A program made the position numbers and the translations under genes. DNA of 64,000 bases. Source: a bacterium (lineage in GTDB: Bacteria > UBA10199 > 2-02-FULL-44-16 > JAAZCA01). The first letter of the stretch is position 1. Every line of letters starts with the position of its first letter. Where the stretch lies: assembly GCA_963674695.2 (NCBI GenBank), contig CAXXGI010000003.1, forward strand, positions 992,001 through 1,056,000, given 5' to 3'. Under the pieces are notes generated by a model. It was not told the DNA's origin. It did no database searches and was given only the letters and a program-made list of their open reading frames with translations. This document shows, one piece after another, positions 10,307 through 20,151 of this stretch.

Positions 10307-11716
10307 ATGTCGCAGATCAAATTCGGAACCGACGGCTGGCGGGCAATCATCGATGAGGATTTCATCCCCGAGAATATCGGCAAGGTGATCCAGGCGTTTG
10401 CCGACGTCTATCCGACCCTCCCCGAGGCGGGCAAACCCGTCGTCATCGGTTACGACCGGCGCCTGAAGAGCCCCGAGACAGCAAAACAAATCGCCGAGAT
10501 CCTCCTCGGAAATGGTATCGAGACCGTTCTTTCGGCGACCTATTGTCCGACGCCAACGGTGGCGTGGTATGTGAAGAAGAATGGATGCGCGGCCGGCATC
10601 ATGGTGACGGCCAGCCACAACCCACCGCAGTGGAACGGCATCAAGTTCAAGGAGAGCTATGGCGGCGCGGCTTCCGCCGAATATCTGGCGCCGATTGAAG
10701 CCCATATCGTGCAGAATGATGCGAACGGGCGCGAAGTCCAGTATGCCTCCATCGAGGGCAACCCCCTCTTCTCCACGTTCGATCCCTACGGCGAGTACCT
10801 CACCGCCGTCACGGAATTCATCGATACGGATCGCATCAAGAAGGCCGGCTTTCAGATCGTGGTCGATCCCCTCTATGGCGCCGGCACCGGTTACTTTCCC
10901 AAGTTATTGGGCCCGGCCGTCACCGAAATCCATACCGAGAGCGACACGAACTTCGGCGGTCTCCATCCGGAACCGATTCCCCCCTACATCGATGAACTCT
11001 CGCAGGTCGTCGCGTCAAAACGGACCGACGGGGGGCTGGTCACCGACGGCGATGCCGATCGCCTCGGTGCGGTTGACGAACACGGAACATACATCACGAC
11101 GCACGAGATCTATTCGCTCCTCATCCTGCACGCGCTCACGAACAAGAAGTGGTCGGGAAAGATCATCAAGTCGATCTCGACGACGATGATGGTCAACCGC
11201 ATCGGTAAGAAATACGACACGGAGGTCGAGACCACGCCGGTCGGATTCAAGTATATCAGCCCCGCGATGAAGGCCCCCGGCGTGCTCGTCGGCGGCGAAG
11301 AGAGCGGCGGCTACGGTTTCCCGCGTCACATCCCCGAGCGCGACGGCATCTTCTCCGGACTCATGCTCCTGGAGCTGATGGCCGCGTCGGGAAAGACCCT
11401 CTCACAGCTGGTCGGCGACCTCCAAGAGGAGTTCGGACCCTGTCGGTATCGCCGCATCGATCTCAAACTCTCTGCGGATGAGATCGCGCGTGCACGCGAA
11501 GCGATGGCCGCCCTCGATATCAAAGCGATCGGCGACCTCAAGGTCGTGCATCATGAGACGATGGACGGCCACCACTTCCGATTTGAAGATGATTCCTGGC
11601 TCCTCTTCCGCGCCTCCGGCACCGAACCGCTCGTGCGCATCTATGCCGAAGCCCCATCAACGGACCAGGTCGAGACGATGTTGATGGAAGGAAAACGCGC
11701 TATTGGGGTAGACTGA
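10307..11716 (+). CDS. phosphoglucomutase/phosphomannomutase family protein
   Basis: FGTDGWR, TASHNP, DGDADR, GEESG, RASGTEP; AAGGAG RBS before ATG 10307. Confidence 0.95.
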   Translation: MSQIKFGTDGWRAIIDEDFIPENIGKVIQAFADVYPTLPEAGKPVVIGYDRRLKSPETAKQIAEILLGNGIETVLSATYCPTPTVAWYVKKNGCAAGIMVTASHNPPQWNGIKFKESYGGAASAEYLAPIEAHIVQNDANGREVQYASIEGNPLFSTFDPYGEYLTAVTEFIDTDRIKKAGFQIVVDPLYGAGTGYFPKLLGPAVTEIHTESDTNFGGLHPEPIPPYIDELSQVVASKRTDGGLVTDGDADRLGAVDEHGTYITTHEIYSLLILHALTNKKWSGKIIKSISTTMMVNRIGKKYDTEVETTPVGFKYISPAMKAPGVLVGGEESGGYGFPRHIPERDGIFSGLMLLELMAASGKTLSQLVGDLQEEFGPCRYRRIDLKLSADEIARAREAMAALDIKAIGDLKVVHHETMDGHHFRFEDDSWLLFRASGTEPLVRIYAEAPSTDQVETMLMEGKRAIGVD

Positions 11717-14700
11717 CCGGCACCTCGATCAGTCCGAGATCGATCACACGCCCGACCCCCTCCTGATCGTAATAATACATGTCGACATTGACGAGCAGCT
11801 GATCCGGATGCTCCTGTGAGCGCCCACAGGTGGTCACCACTACATCGGTTCCACCGAAGCTGCGCACGTATCCCCAGTCGGCGCCATCCTGTCCACGACG
11901 GCCGGAGGGTCCGCTGTAGGGGGAATGATCCTCGTCGAGGGCATGCAGATGATAGGTCATCGCCCCGCCGGAGAGAAAGGCACTCAACGGGCTCATATAG
12001 CTGCCGTCATCTTCTGATATGGATCTGACGTGATTGAACACGAGTCGATCGCTCCCCTCCTTCTCGAAGAGAAGAAGCCCACCATATTCGGTGCTCTTGT
12101 CCTGAATATCGCGCGCAACGATCTGCCCCAGCTCGGCTCGCGCTTTCGGATCAGCCAGCGTTCGATCGAGGAGCACCAAGCGCAGAAGCGCCAAGTTATC
12201 CAGCGCCTCACGTGAGGGCCGTTCGGTATAGGTCGGATCGGGAACGGGAGATCCAAACTTCACCCGCTCCTTCGACGCGCGCGCATAGATAACGCCCGCT
12301 TTTTCAAGCAACGCATCCCGATCGAAGAGCAGCGCTTTTAACTCATCATCACGAGCCACGCGCCCGAGCAGGGCGATATCATTCGCATGCGGACGACGTC
12401 CAAGCTGTCTGCACAGATCGGCGATACCCGCCTCATCATACTGTTCGGCCACATCTCGAATCGGCACGAGCATATCGGGATCGAGCCGCTTGATCGCAAA
12501 GTCACGCTTTAACGCCCCCACCATCCGCTTCATCGCTTTCGTCTGAAAGGAGCGAGCTGCGTCTCTCCCCCTCGCCTCCGACTCGAGATAGAGGCGGGCC
12601 AGGACCGGAATGTCGGTCACCCCGAGCGTCGGGGGCATCAGAACGTGATCGCGCAGCTCGACACAGAAAGCGTGAAACCCCGGATCGGAGATCAGCGCAC
12701 GAACCTCATCCTGATGCATCATCCCCTTCACAAAATCCCACTCGCTTCCTCCATGAAATCCAATGGCAACTCTTTCTCCGATGATCTGGGAAATACCAGC
12801 GATCACCCTGCCCGCATCCGGATCTTCCGCAATTGTGATAAGGGGCATCAGGGCAACAGGCGAGTCCATCATGACACTCTCATCCTGAAAGGTGCGTTTG
12901 AGCAGACCCTCCACCTGAGGATCGCACAGGCGCTGCGCCACATCCGGCATCTTCTCGAAAAGGTATTCAAGCGACGACCTATTGAATGCGATCGGCGGCA
13001 GCACACCCCCAGCCCTCCCCGGGGTCACCGCCTCCCATTCCACGAGCTTTGTCACCACCGCATCGAGCCCCGCATCAACCATCGTATTCCAGCTATCGAT
13101 CGCCCAGGAATCGACTGAAAAATAGGGATAGATATGCCGCAGCACCTTCATCGCATGCAGACTCTCGGGGGCAAGGACACGATCGATTTCATCCTTGCCC
13201 ATTTGAAGGTAATCGCTCAGCGCACTCAGCGAAAGTGAACGGCCGCTCCCCAGGAGGGCATGCACCTTGCGAACGGACGATTCAAAGGCAGAATCGAACA
13301 GGAGCGTTCGCTCATCCTCATGAAGCTCCATGATCTCGGAAACATCATCGAGATCACACTCGGCGATCTTCCAGTGTTTTTGAAGCCGCCGCCCCACATG
13401 TGCCAGCTCATTCGATTCAACCTGTCGGAGCGTCTCCGGCTGTCCGAGCCAATCGATCACCCCATCGACCTCCGTCCCCAGCGCCACCTCAGGGAGATGA
13501 TCGAGCACAGCGATAAAATTGTTCCAGCGATCGGGATCATCGGCTATCCGCATCATATCCACGACCCCATCGAGCTGAATATAGCGCATGCGATCGAAGA
13601 CCCCCTGAATCTCTTCGAAACGGGGGTGATCGACTAACGCAAGAATGGCATCCATATCATGCCACGACCTCGACTCGAATCGCGCAATAAGATTGCGCAC
13701 GCGCTCCTCTTTCAAGCGGGGAAGCATCGCGACCCTTTTGCGCATCCTATCCGGATAGTCATCGCCAACAAGGTCCGCCATAAAAACAGGATCGAGCCCC
13801 TTGAGCGCAAGGATCTGCTGCGGATCATCGGCCAGGAACTGATCCAACCAGAGCAGTCCCGTCTCATTCGGCCCTACCTCTGCGGCAACACCGAACTGCT
13901 TTTGCAGCATGGCATCGAGGTCACGAATACGCGGTGAAGTGAGCGCCTCAATGATGCGCAGTGACTTTGGCTCCTCTATCTGCCGCATGAAGAAGTTCAG
14001 GTCATAGGAACCATCGATTGAATAGCGGCCCGGATAGGCCTCATTGAGCGTATCACATGCCGCCTCGGCCGCCGTGAGTCTCTCGTGAAACCGATCATCA
14101 CGACCAAAGCCCTCTACAATATCAAGATTCGGGGGATAAGGGCTTGTCCTCCATCCAAAGACCTCGCTCGCCTGCTGATAACGATCCCGGTTCTTGGGAT
14201 CACTGTAGGCCGCCAATGCCCTCGGAGAAAGATAGATACCGACGAGCTCACCGACATCCCGAAGCGGATACGTGTCATAGGTCTCATGCATCATGCGCGC
14301 GAAGGCGACAAAACCGTCGCTGACGACGATATCGCGCATGGATTCCCTTTCACGCCCCTCCCCCTGGGACAGCTTCTGCATGTCGACAAGATCTCTCACC
14401 GAAAGCGGCATCTTTCCTTCATAGCTCTGCAAAACTCGACGCGCATAGGCGACAAATTTCGGGGCCTTGAATTGTGACACAAGCTCCCGCATGCGATTGC
14501 TATCAACATCGGAACCAAAAGCCGCGATCACATCATCGGCCGTGCACGAAAACCCAATATCATTCAGGGCGGTGGAGACCAGCTCGGCGCCATCCGCGCA
14601 GGCATTGTTCATAACCGCCTCGGCCGACGGCGCAAAAAGACGCATCCCGCTGGGACCGGCACACATCGCCCCGAGCGAATCCAACAATCCAGCGGCCTGT

Positions 14701-14939
14701 TCTGAAAATTCATCTTGAAGGGCATTGATCTCATCGGCGTCGAGATAGCCAACGCCATCATTTTTGTTCAGCATCTCGACCAGGCGAGCGATCAATTCGG
14801 GCGCAAATGCCTTCCCGTCTTCCTGAATCTCTTTGAGCTCTGCATCGGTGATGCGCACCCCACCACCGCTTCGTTCATGAAGCGCATTCCAGATCTCTGA
14901 ACGGAGGCGCTCGCCCCCCTTGATCGATGCATTGCCCAT
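11700..14939 (-). CDS. large hypothetical protein with a possible N-terminal EF-hand and a C-terminal JAB/MPN-like motif
   Basis: 1079-aa ORF; NDGVGYLDADE; EYGG...YHLH...PS...D; 17-nt convergent overlap with pgm. Confidence 0.75.
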   Translation of the reverse strand: MGNASIKGGERLRSEIWNALHERSGGGVRITDAELKEIQEDGKAFAPELIARLVEMLNKNDGVGYLDADEINALQDEFSEQAAGLLDSLGAMCAGPSGMRLFAPSAEAVMNNACADGAELVSTALNDIGFSCTADDVIAAFGSDVDSNRMRELVSQFKAPKFVAYARRVLQSYEGKMPLSVRDLVDMQKLSQGEGRERESMRDIVVSDGFVAFARMMHETYDTYPLRDVGELVGIYLSPRALAAYSDPKNRDRYQQASEVFGWRTSPYPPNLDIVEGFGRDDRFHERLTAAEAACDTLNEAYPGRYSIDGSYDLNFFMRQIEEPKSLRIIEALTSPRIRDLDAMLQKQFGVAAEVGPNETGLLWLDQFLADDPQQILALKGLDPVFMADLVGDDYPDRMRKRVAMLPRLKEERVRNLIARFESRSWHDMDAILALVDHPRFEEIQGVFDRMRYIQLDGVVDMMRIADDPDRWNNFIAVLDHLPEVALGTEVDGVIDWLGQPETLRQVESNELAHVGRRLQKHWKIAECDLDDVSEIMELHEDERTLLFDSAFESSVRKVHALLGSGRSLSLSALSDYLQMGKDEIDRVLAPESLHAMKVLRHIYPYFSVDSWAIDSWNTMVDAGLDAVVTKLVEWEAVTPGRAGGVLPPIAFNRSSLEYLFEKMPDVAQRLCDPQVEGLLKRTFQDESVMMDSPVALMPLITIAEDPDAGRVIAGISQIIGERVAIGFHGGSEWDFVKGMMHQDEVRALISDPGFHAFCVELRDHVLMPPTLGVTDIPVLARLYLESEARGRDAARSFQTKAMKRMVGALKRDFAIKRLDPDMLVPIRDVAEQYDEAGIADLCRQLGRRPHANDIALLGRVARDDELKALLFDRDALLEKAGVIYARASKERVKFGSPVPDPTYTERPSREALDNLALLRLVLLDRTLADPKARAELGQIVARDIQDKSTEYGGLLLFEKEGSDRLVFNHVRSISEDDGSYMSPLSAFLSGGAMTYHLHALDEDHSPYSGPSGRRGQDGADWGYVRSFGGTDVVVTTCGRSQEHPDQLLVNVDMYYYDQEGVGRVIDLGLIEVPVSLPQ

Positions 14940-14947
14940 ACACTCTA

Positions 14948-14976
14948 TTATCGGCAGAACACACCCTCAGGGTTGT
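14948..14976 (-). promoter_or_regulatory. sigma28-like promoter candidate (ACAACC-N15-GCCGATAA)
   Basis: GCCGATAA 8 nt upstream of the ATG at 14939. Confidence 0.5.
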
Positions 14977-15062
14977 GCCGAAGAGATCCTTTTTAGAACT
15001 GGCGCAATCGGTGAATCCCGTTGATATCATGGAACAACAATGGATTCCTCGACGGGACAAAT

Positions 15063-15100
15063 AAAAAAAACGCCGTGCCCAACCGGAGGACACGGCGTTT
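15063..15100 (-). terminator. intrinsic terminator of the minus-strand orphan operon
   Basis: aaacgccgtg...cacggcgttt stem with an A-run that reads as a U-tract on the minus strand. Confidence 0.7.
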
Positions 15101-15118
15101 GCTGAAGCATGTGTTGTC

Positions 15119-17413
15119 CTAAAAATTACCGCTCAGACCGAAGCCTGTCACCATCTCCAACATCGAACCGAACGTGCCGTTCTCACGCCCGACTTTTTTG
15201 GGCGCCTGCGACGACTCATAGACGGCACTGCCGTCGGCGCCCAAGCGCATCGTATCGAGGTCGGTCGCCAAATAGCGGTTGTTGCGATCGGTCATGGTGC
15301 CAAAGAAGAGTCCACCCTTGAGCGAGCCGAACCACTCGATGGCGAGCGTATCGCCCCCGCCCAGCTTCCAGCGGTGAATCGTGGCGGAGAGTTCCGGACG
15401 AAGATAGAAGGAAGCCGCATCCATGAGGACGCCATTGGAAGTCTCCTTCACGGGAAAGGCATCGCGATACTGCACCTGATCCTTGTCGATGACCACGGAG
15501 ATGCCATCCTGTTCATCGCCGCCGCCGTTCATGTAGAGCCAGCCGATTCCGCCGGTGAGCTTGAGCGTGAGGATGTCGTTCCAGATATTGAAGTCGACGC
15601 CGCCGTAGACCGAGGCGCCCATGTGATTGATGCCACCCTCGAACTCGCCGCCCAGGAGCGGACGCATGTTTCCGAAGGACGTCATCTCGGGCCAGGCCCC
15701 CTCGAAACGGGTCACGGTCGTCCAGGCCGCGCCGTCGAAATGCCGCCCGGCAAAACTTCTCGCCTGAACGGAACCGATGCCGAACTGACCGGTCAGTTCC
15801 GGCTGTAATCGGCGATGGCGGGCATAGAGACGATCGAGAGATGAATCACAGGCCTCATCGTCCTCCACGCAGGTGCCATCGAACCGACCAACATAGTCGG
15901 CGCGTTCAGCCGCCTCTGCATCGGCGGGATACTGTTTCACGATCAGATCGCCCTTGAGCGCCATCAGGGCGTTGCGGAGCTGAGCACTATCGACCGGATC
16001 GAGCAGGGCCAAAAAGTCATCCACCATCTGCCAATGCAGCGGCGTGCTCTCCTCATCCAGATAGTCGATCGCCGCCTCGGCGTACAGGGGCTTATCCTCC
16101 GTCTCGATAAAGGCGTCCAACAAAGTATCGGAGACGGCTGTGGCTCCGCTCATCGTTTCGATCTTTTCTACCAGCGCCGCATCGACATCATCGTCGATCG
16201 CCTCGTCCTCCTCATCGACCGTCTCCTCTTCATCGACCGCCTCTTCCTCGTCGACGGCTTCCTCGTCGTCGACGGCCTCTTCCTCGTCGACGGCTTCCTC
16301 TTCGTCGACCGCCTCTTCCTCGCCGACGGCTTCGTCATCGTCGATCGCTTTTTCATCCTCTGCGGAAACGAGGACGCGCATCTTGACTTTATCGATCGTG
16401 CCGATCGCCATGAGGGCGTCCCAGACCCCCTCGGTCGGCGTCTCAAACCAGGCAAAGGTAAGCCCCTCAACGACTCCTTGGTCGCGAATAGCCTTCGCCA
16501 ACGCCTCCGCCAAAAATGAAACGGCCTTGCCCTCGGCGTCGGTTTTCGATTCCGCCTCTATTCGTTGCTGAGCAGCCAGGACGAGCTGCGCCAACGCTTC
16601 GGGTTTGTCGAGCATCACGCCGAAGAGCAACGCGAACGCGTCGAGCGCTTCCCGTCGAATCGCCTCGACCTCCGCTTCGTCCGGCTTTCCCTCCTCCGGC
16701 ATGGTTTTCTCGTCCGACGTGATCTCATCTTTCGCCTCACCGTCATCATCGAACTCCGCCTTCTTCTCCGACGGAGGGGATACCGTAATCTCCTGCAGTC
16801 GCTGGGTGACCTGCTTGATGATCGCCTCCAGACGATCGGCTACTGTCCCCTCGACCAAACCTTCGCCAACCGCCGGGGTCGGCACACCGGCGCGCACGGC
16901 CTGACGGGCGAAGACGCCCGCACCGGTGATGATCCCGTTGTCGCCGAGGATATCGATGAGATACTTTACCTTTCCCTTTTTCTCGACGCGCTCCGAACCA
17001 AAGAGCTCGACGAACGGCAGGACCTGCGAGGATTTGGTTTCGCCGGAACCGTATTTCTCCATGCAGGCCAGGCGCCTCTTGCCCTTCAAGCCCTTGATCA
17101 CGGCACAGTCATAGGCAGGCATGCCCTGCGCACCGATGGTGAGCTTATCGGCGAAGACCTGCCGCTGCATGCGCCCCTCGTCCGTGGATTGAGCGGCGAA
17201 GGTATCGAGCTGCGCTTCCACCTCGCGTTCGACCTGATTACGACAGTCGAGGTATTTTGGGTTGCCCGGATCATACGGGACATCCGGGATCGCCGCACCA
17301 CCGCAGAGAAAGATCTGCAGGTTCGTGATGACCTTGCGCTCCTCGACCGACCGTTCGTTTCCGCCACTCCACATAAGACCTCCTGCACTGACATCGCTCT
17401 CAAAGCGACGCAT
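15119..17413 (-). CDS. hypothetical acidic-repeat protein with a beta-barrel-like C-terminus
   Basis: 764 aa; EEEAVD repeats; C-terminal amphipathic strands ending GFGLSGNF. Confidence 0.75.
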   Translation of the reverse strand: MRRFESDVSAGGLMWSGGNERSVEERKVITNLQIFLCGGAAIPDVPYDPGNPKYLDCRNQVEREVEAQLDTFAAQSTDEGRMQRQVFADKLTIGAQGMPAYDCAVIKGLKGKRRLACMEKYGSGETKSSQVLPFVELFGSERVEKKGKVKYLIDILGDNGIITGAGVFARQAVRAGVPTPAVGEGLVEGTVADRLEAIIKQVTQRLQEITVSPPSEKKAEFDDDGEAKDEITSDEKTMPEEGKPDEAEVEAIRREALDAFALLFGVMLDKPEALAQLVLAAQQRIEAESKTDAEGKAVSFLAEALAKAIRDQGVVEGLTFAWFETPTEGVWDALMAIGTIDKVKMRVLVSAEDEKAIDDDEAVGEEEAVDEEEAVDEEEAVDDEEAVDEEEAVDEEETVDEEDEAIDDDVDAALVEKIETMSGATAVSDTLLDAFIETEDKPLYAEAAIDYLDEESTPLHWQMVDDFLALLDPVDSAQLRNALMALKGDLIVKQYPADAEAAERADYVGRFDGTCVEDDEACDSSLDRLYARHRRLQPELTGQFGIGSVQARSFAGRHFDGAAWTTVTRFEGAWPEMTSFGNMRPLLGGEFEGGINHMGASVYGGVDFNIWNDILTLKLTGGIGWLYMNGGGDEQDGISVVIDKDQVQYRDAFPVKETSNGVLMDAASFYLRPELSATIHRWKLGGGDTLAIEWFGSLKGGLFFGTMTDRNNRYLATDLDTMRLGADGSAVYESSQAPKKVGRENGTFGSMLEMVTGFGLSGNF
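16190..16350 (-). repeat. 18-nt coding tandem repeat (EEEAVD-like hexapeptide)
   Basis: tcgtcgacggcttcctc-type units. Confidence 0.8.
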
Positions 17414-17414
17414 G

Positions 17415-18785
17415 CTATTCGAATGGATTTATTGCTTCCTGCTGCGCGGGCGGCGGCGCGCTACTGCGCTTCTTCTTCGCCCCGCGAGAACCGCCGCGCG
17501 ACGGGCTGCTGCTCTTCGGCGCCACACACGTCTTGGCACTGCGACTGAAGACGAGGTCCACATCCTCGCAGCGCACACACTCCTGGGTCGATTCGTCATG
17601 CCCCATCTTTGCTGCAGCACAGCTTTCGGGGGTATAGACGCACTGCATGCTCAGCGGATCGAAGATGCCCGGATCGCAGGGGACGCAGGCGCTCTCGTCG
17701 AGCATGGCCATCTGCCCCAGCGCCTTGCAGCTCTCGGCCGTATAGATGCAGGCATCGTGCAATTCGTTGGCAATCGATCCGGGAGCCTCGCAGGGGACGC
17801 ACTGGCCGGAATCATTGCGCACAAGTCCCTCTTGATCGCGACAGGGGTTGAACAGGACGCCCACATTCTTTTGGAGAAAGGCGATGAGGCGTGCGAGTTC
17901 GGCGAGCAGGAGACGCTGATCGGCGCTGAGCTGCACGTCTTCGCGCAGGGCCATTCCGTCCGCGCTGATCAACGAACGCACCACGGCGTCGGCTTCATCG
18001 AGTTTTTGTCGGATCTGCACCTCGATCGCCTTCTCGTCGATCGTTTCCCGTCCGATGCCATTCTCATCGATGAGCGCATACCCTTTGAAGACATCCCCAT
18101 TCACGACGGGCACGACGCTGCCATCAGCGCTCTGACGCGAACGAACCAATTCCGTCACGATCCCCTGATCCGCCTGCGCGAAGAGCCGTGCGGCATCGAT
18201 CACCCGACTGAAATGCGGCTCGTGTCCGGCGAGCGACTCCATCAGCGGCTTTCCTTCGATGCGTTCGAGGCGGTCGGCATTGAGACCGACCACGCTGATG
18301 AAACGATACGTCGGATCATCGACATCCGGCGCCGGTTTCATCCATCCGCGACCGAGTGCCTCCATATAGGATTGCACCCCTTTTCCCGTCCTTCGATGCA
18401 TCTCGGCCGCCAGTCCCTCGAACCCCCCGAGCAGGCGCAAATTCTTCACCGACCAGAGATGCGCCTGGATCGTATGCTTGAGCACCTGGTGAATATTCTG
18501 CTGCTCCGCACTGTGATCGAAGAAACTCGCACTGTCGAAACAGGCGTTCGTCGCCGGATCGCGCCGATCGCAGCCGCTCCACCAGGACTCGACGTGACAG
18601 ATATCGTCGAAGGAGACGCGATCGAACGAATCGGTCACCACCGCCCAATCGTCGATTCCCTCAAAAAAACGATTGTGCATCCAGACATCCTTCATCACCT
18701 CGAAGGCCTGTCGGGTCAGCCCCTGAACGGCATAGCTCGCATCCAGCTCTCGCACTCCCGTCGACATGCAGCTCTCTGGTCTCAT
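17415..18785 (-). CDS. hypothetical protein with C-terminal Cys-rich repeats
   Basis: CVPC...C[IV]YTxESC repeated; abuts the genes on both sides. Confidence 0.7.
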   Translation of the reverse strand: MRPESCMSTGVRELDASYAVQGLTRQAFEVMKDVWMHNRFFEGIDDWAVVTDSFDRVSFDDICHVESWWSGCDRRDPATNACFDSASFFDHSAEQQNIHQVLKHTIQAHLWSVKNLRLLGGFEGLAAEMHRRTGKGVQSYMEALGRGWMKPAPDVDDPTYRFISVVGLNADRLERIEGKPLMESLAGHEPHFSRVIDAARLFAQADQGIVTELVRSRQSADGSVVPVVNGDVFKGYALIDENGIGRETIDEKAIEVQIRQKLDEADAVVRSLISADGMALREDVQLSADQRLLLAELARLIAFLQKNVGVLFNPCRDQEGLVRNDSGQCVPCEAPGSIANELHDACIYTAESCKALGQMAMLDESACVPCDPGIFDPLSMQCVYTPESCAAAKMGHDESTQECVRCEDVDLVFSRSAKTCVAPKSSSPSRGGSRGAKKKRSSAPPPAQQEAINPFE

Positions 18786-20122
18786 CAGTTTCCTCCCTCT
18801 TCGCGCTGACAGGCGATCTCAAGACTCGTGATATAGGTCGGATCGACGCTCGCGGGCCAGCCCGGCGTCGCAACCCGAAGCGCGCCATTGAAGCTGCCAC
18901 AGTCGTCTTCCATCGAACAGGCGATCGGCAAAACGATGTTGCCCAGGGCGCTCACCGCGATCTCGTTGCGCGTGTCCCCCGCGATGGTCTCCGGGAGATC
19001 ATGCAGATCCGCCCAGGTCATCGGAAAGACGATGGCATCGTCGACAGCGCGATAGGCCGACTCCCCTTCATCGAGATACATTTCGATTCCGCGCAGTGCG
19101 ATCTGCTCAGCGCCGATGGTCAGATCGATGGTGGTCTCCCAGCGACCGGTCAGGTCTGCAACCTCGCCGCGCACATCCACGCCGCGCAGCGACCAGGTAT
19201 CGGCCGGTTCCGTCCAACGACGACAGCCGAGATCATCAGGCGTCTCTCCGCAATCGACCTCATCGCCACCGCGCTCGACAAAGCGCATCACGCCCGTCCA
19301 GCCGGTGTCAGTCTCCTCCATCACGCCCAGGGTAAGGGTCTGCATGGCATAGCGCCAGCCAAAGCCGTCCTCGGCGTGCATGGTGCAACTATAGCGCTCG
19401 CCCTCGAGGACCTCCTCCTCGGTCTCAGCATCGCCGTCTTCGATACCATCGATATCGCCGTCCACATCGTCGCCATCGATGTCATCGATATCGCCGTCTT
19501 CGATACCATCGATATCGCCGTCTCCATCTTCGCCATCGATGTCATCGATATCGCCGTCCTCGATTCCGTCGATCTCATCATCCTCAATGCCGTCGACATC
19601 GTCGCCATCGGCCGTGTCGCCGTCGATGTCTTCAATATCGCCGTCGATGTCATCGATGTCGCCATCGACGCATTCGGGGCACTCGGTCTCGGGACATTCC
19701 CCTTCGCCGCACGGTTCGCATTCGGAACAATCGGAATCCCCATCGCAGGTCGGGCACTCCGTCGAAGGACAATCGGCATCGCCGTCGCAGGTCGGGCACT
19801 CGACATCGGGGCACTCGCCGTCGCCCCCATTGCACGCATCGGGACTCTCAGGGAGGCCGCCGAACTGATCCACCGAGGGATCGCCATCCTCTGAAGAGGC
19901 GCATCCCATGATGCTCAGGGGAATCAGCAGGCTCTTCACCGCCGCTCGCGCCATACAGAAGGACGCCTCCTTGAGGACGGAGATCATCCGATCCGCGAGG
20001 GCATAGCTGTCAGGCGTTTTCACACCTGCCGCCGGTGTCTGCGATGAACGCGCAAACATCTTCGGCGCAACACCGCCGGCCGGCTGTATCGGTTGCATCC
20101 TGTTCACGTTGGTCTCTGCCAT
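18785..20122 (-). CDS. Cys-rich and Asp-rich repeat protein with an internal lipobox-like segment
   Basis: AAGGAG RBS before ATG 20122; LLIPLSIMGC; ECPTCDGD repeats; DGDIDDI repeats with a 60-nt period. Confidence 0.75.
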   Translation of the reverse strand: MAETNVNRMQPIQPAGGVAPKMFARSSQTPAAGVKTPDSYALADRMISVLKEASFCMARAAVKSLLIPLSIMGCASSEDGDPSVDQFGGLPESPDACNGGDGECPDVECPTCDGDADCPSTECPTCDGDSDCSECEPCGEGECPETECPECVDGDIDDIDGDIEDIDGDTADGDDVDGIEDDEIDGIEDGDIDDIDGEDGDGDIDGIEDGDIDDIDGDDVDGDIDGIEDGDAETEEEVLEGERYSCTMHAEDGFGWRYAMQTLTLGVMEETDTGWTGVMRFVERGGDEVDCGETPDDLGCRRWTEPADTWSLRGVDVRGEVADLTGRWETTIDLTIGAEQIALRGIEMYLDEGESAYRAVDDAIVFPMTWADLHDLPETIAGDTRNEIAVSALGNIVLPIACSMEDDCGSFNGALRVATPGWPASVDPTYITSLEIACQREEGGN

Positions 20123-20151
20123 GCCGCACTCCTTGCGTTCTTCCGTTGAAA

